Source of the DNA: Phycisphaerae bacterium
GTDB taxonomy: Bacteria; Planctomycetota; Phycisphaerae; UBA1845
Length of the DNA stretch: 51,964 nt
Direction of reading: 5' to 3'
Assembly: GCA_036505095.1 (NCBI GenBank)
Contig: DASXUA010000637.1
Coordinates: 1 to 51,964 of the forward strand
In this document: one piece after another, positions 50,879-51,964 of the stretch
Numbering within the stretch: position 1 is the stretch's first letter
Layout: each line of letters begins with the position of its first letter
Translations under genes and position numbers: made by a program
The notes under the pieces: model-generated
The model's database searches: none
Told to the model about the DNA's origin: nothing
What the model saw: the letters and a program-made list of their open reading frames with translations, nothing else

Positions 50879-51964
50879 CTATGGGCAGGGCGTCACCGTC
50901 ACGCCGTTGAAGGGCTGCGTCGTGTTGACGCCGTTCAAAAGCTGCACGAGCCGCAACAGGTCCAGTGTGTTGACGCCGTTACTGCCCGGAGCACTGCGGT
51001 CGACGTCGTAGCGCGCATAATTTGCCGGCTGATTCGCGCTGCCGTCACTGAGCTGCAGCGCCAGCCACAGCAGGTCCTGCGTGTCGGTGGTGCCGTCCAG
51101 GTTCATGTCGCCGGGCAGCGATTGGTACTGGAGCTTCTGGCCGGACGCCGTACCGGCGAACGTCAGCGTCGTGCACTCGCCCGGCGGAATCGCGCTCGAC
51201 AGCGTGACGTGGTACGGACCCGGTCCGCAGCCGCTCACATCGGTCACGCTCGGGCAGTCTCCACCAGTGCAGCTCACCGCGATATTGTTGACCCGCGGCG
51301 CCGGAATCGGTGCGGCGCTGAAGGTTACGTCGATCCTCGCGTAAGCCACCGCGGCTTCGCCCGGTGTTCCGGTGGCTCCGATGCCCTGCGTCAGGTTCGG
51401 CCCTGAGCCGGTCTGTAGGACGTCGCGGAAAGGTTCCGGCGGCGCGCCGGGAAGCGTGTAAGGGCTCGCCAACGGCGGGTCGCTGGAGGCGATCGCCACT
51501 GCGGTGGCGGGCAGGGCAATGCCCGAAACCACCAGCGCATAGTCCGCATCGATCTCGGGGGTCTCGGTATGCGCATCCTGCACGATTTCGTCGCCCGATA
51601 TTTCGATCATCCAGGTTCCCTCCGGCGGGTTGGACACAAACACGTTTTCGATGGTGTCCTTCGTATTGGGCACGCCATCCGGAGTGGACCAGTTGCCGGC
51701 CGTCAGACCGTTATTGCCCCAATAAATCGTGCCCAGGGGCGATGTGACCTTGAGCGTCAGATCGTTGATGCGCGCCTGGGTCGCGGCCGGGTTGCCCATG
51801 GGATCCGTATAGACCAGGGTCGCCGCCAGCGCCGGCTCGCCGGCCGCTACTTCAACGTTGTATGCCCGGACTTGCAGCGGCACCAGCAGATCGGTCTCAT
51901 TGATGATGAGCATCTTGTCGCGTTGGTTGTACAGATTATTCAGGTCCGGCAGGCCCCAGCCCTG
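50879..51964 (-). CDS. subtilisin-like (S8) peptidase, C-terminal part with dockerin-like repeats (5' end outside window)
   Basis: The frame is open to the right edge (..QGWGLPDLNNLYNQRDKMLII..). ATLVYTDPMGNPAA..INDLTLKV...NVFVSNPPEGTWMIEISG...DADYALVVSG is the classic post-catalytic S8 region. The C-terminus has DMNLDGTTDTQDLL and NTLDLLRLVQLLNG. Confidence 0.8.
   Translation of the reverse strand, partial: QGWGLPDLNNLYNQRDKMLIINETDLLVPLQVRAYNVEVAAGEPALAATLVYTDPMGNPAATQARINDLTLKVTSPLGTIYWGNNGLTAGNWSTPDGVPNTKDTIENVFVSNPPEGTWMIEISGDEIVQDAHTETPEIDADYALVVSGIALPATAVAIASSDPPLASPYTLPGAPPEPFRDVLQTGSGPNLTQGIGATGTPGEAAVAYARIDVTFSAAPIPAPRVNNIAVSCTGGDCPSVTDVSGCGPGPYHVTLSSAIPPGECTTLTFAGTASGQKLQYQSLPGDMNLDGTTDTQDLLWLALQLSDGSANQPANYARYDVDRSAPGSNGVNTLDLLRLVQLLNGVNTTQPFNGVTVTPCP

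Overview
GC-rich bacterial chromosomal segment. A prepilin-type DUF1559 protein, dockerin-like secreted proteins and a Ser/Thr kinase with TPR repeats suggest a Planctomycetota-like organism. All family calls come from remembered motifs, not searches. Housekeeping and envelope genes include mobA, ada, rpsA, a sigma-70 factor, an M50 protease, a DegP-like protease, an AmiC-type amidase, a sodium:solute symporter with a GH10-like hydrolase, and a MazG-like gene.

The most interesting region is a minus-strand gene set at 17.7-29.4 kb. It contains a PlsR-like and a 1306-aa PlsA-like BCR/HAD-family protein (two BcrA/HgdC-type ATPase modules plus a dehydratase-like module), a Tes/GDGT-MAS-like radical SAM enzyme, and a second radical SAM/SPASM enzyme. 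I read this as a candidate bacterial ether / membrane-spanning lipid locus. A hicAB pair and another small two-gene cassette are inserted into it.

The second notable region is a tightly packed minus-strand tRNA array at 10.66-11.16 kb.
- Four good cloverleafs carry leucine anticodons (CAA, UAA, GAG, CAG) but have only a 5-nt variable loop.
- One of them is interrupted by a 40-nt palindrome in the T arm.
- A fifth element is tRNA-like but aberrant.

Other features:
- a protein with ten ~77-aa tandem repeats
- a decayed accessory island at 13.8-17.1 kb with frameshifted TA-like genes and a radical-SAM gene fragment split by a 72-bp MITE-like insert
- a second accessory patch at 47.3-50.9 kb
- a REP-like palindrome family with copies inside coding sequence
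- a sigma factor whose conserved N-terminal region has no canonical in-frame start codon

No rRNA genes or CRISPR arrays were seen.
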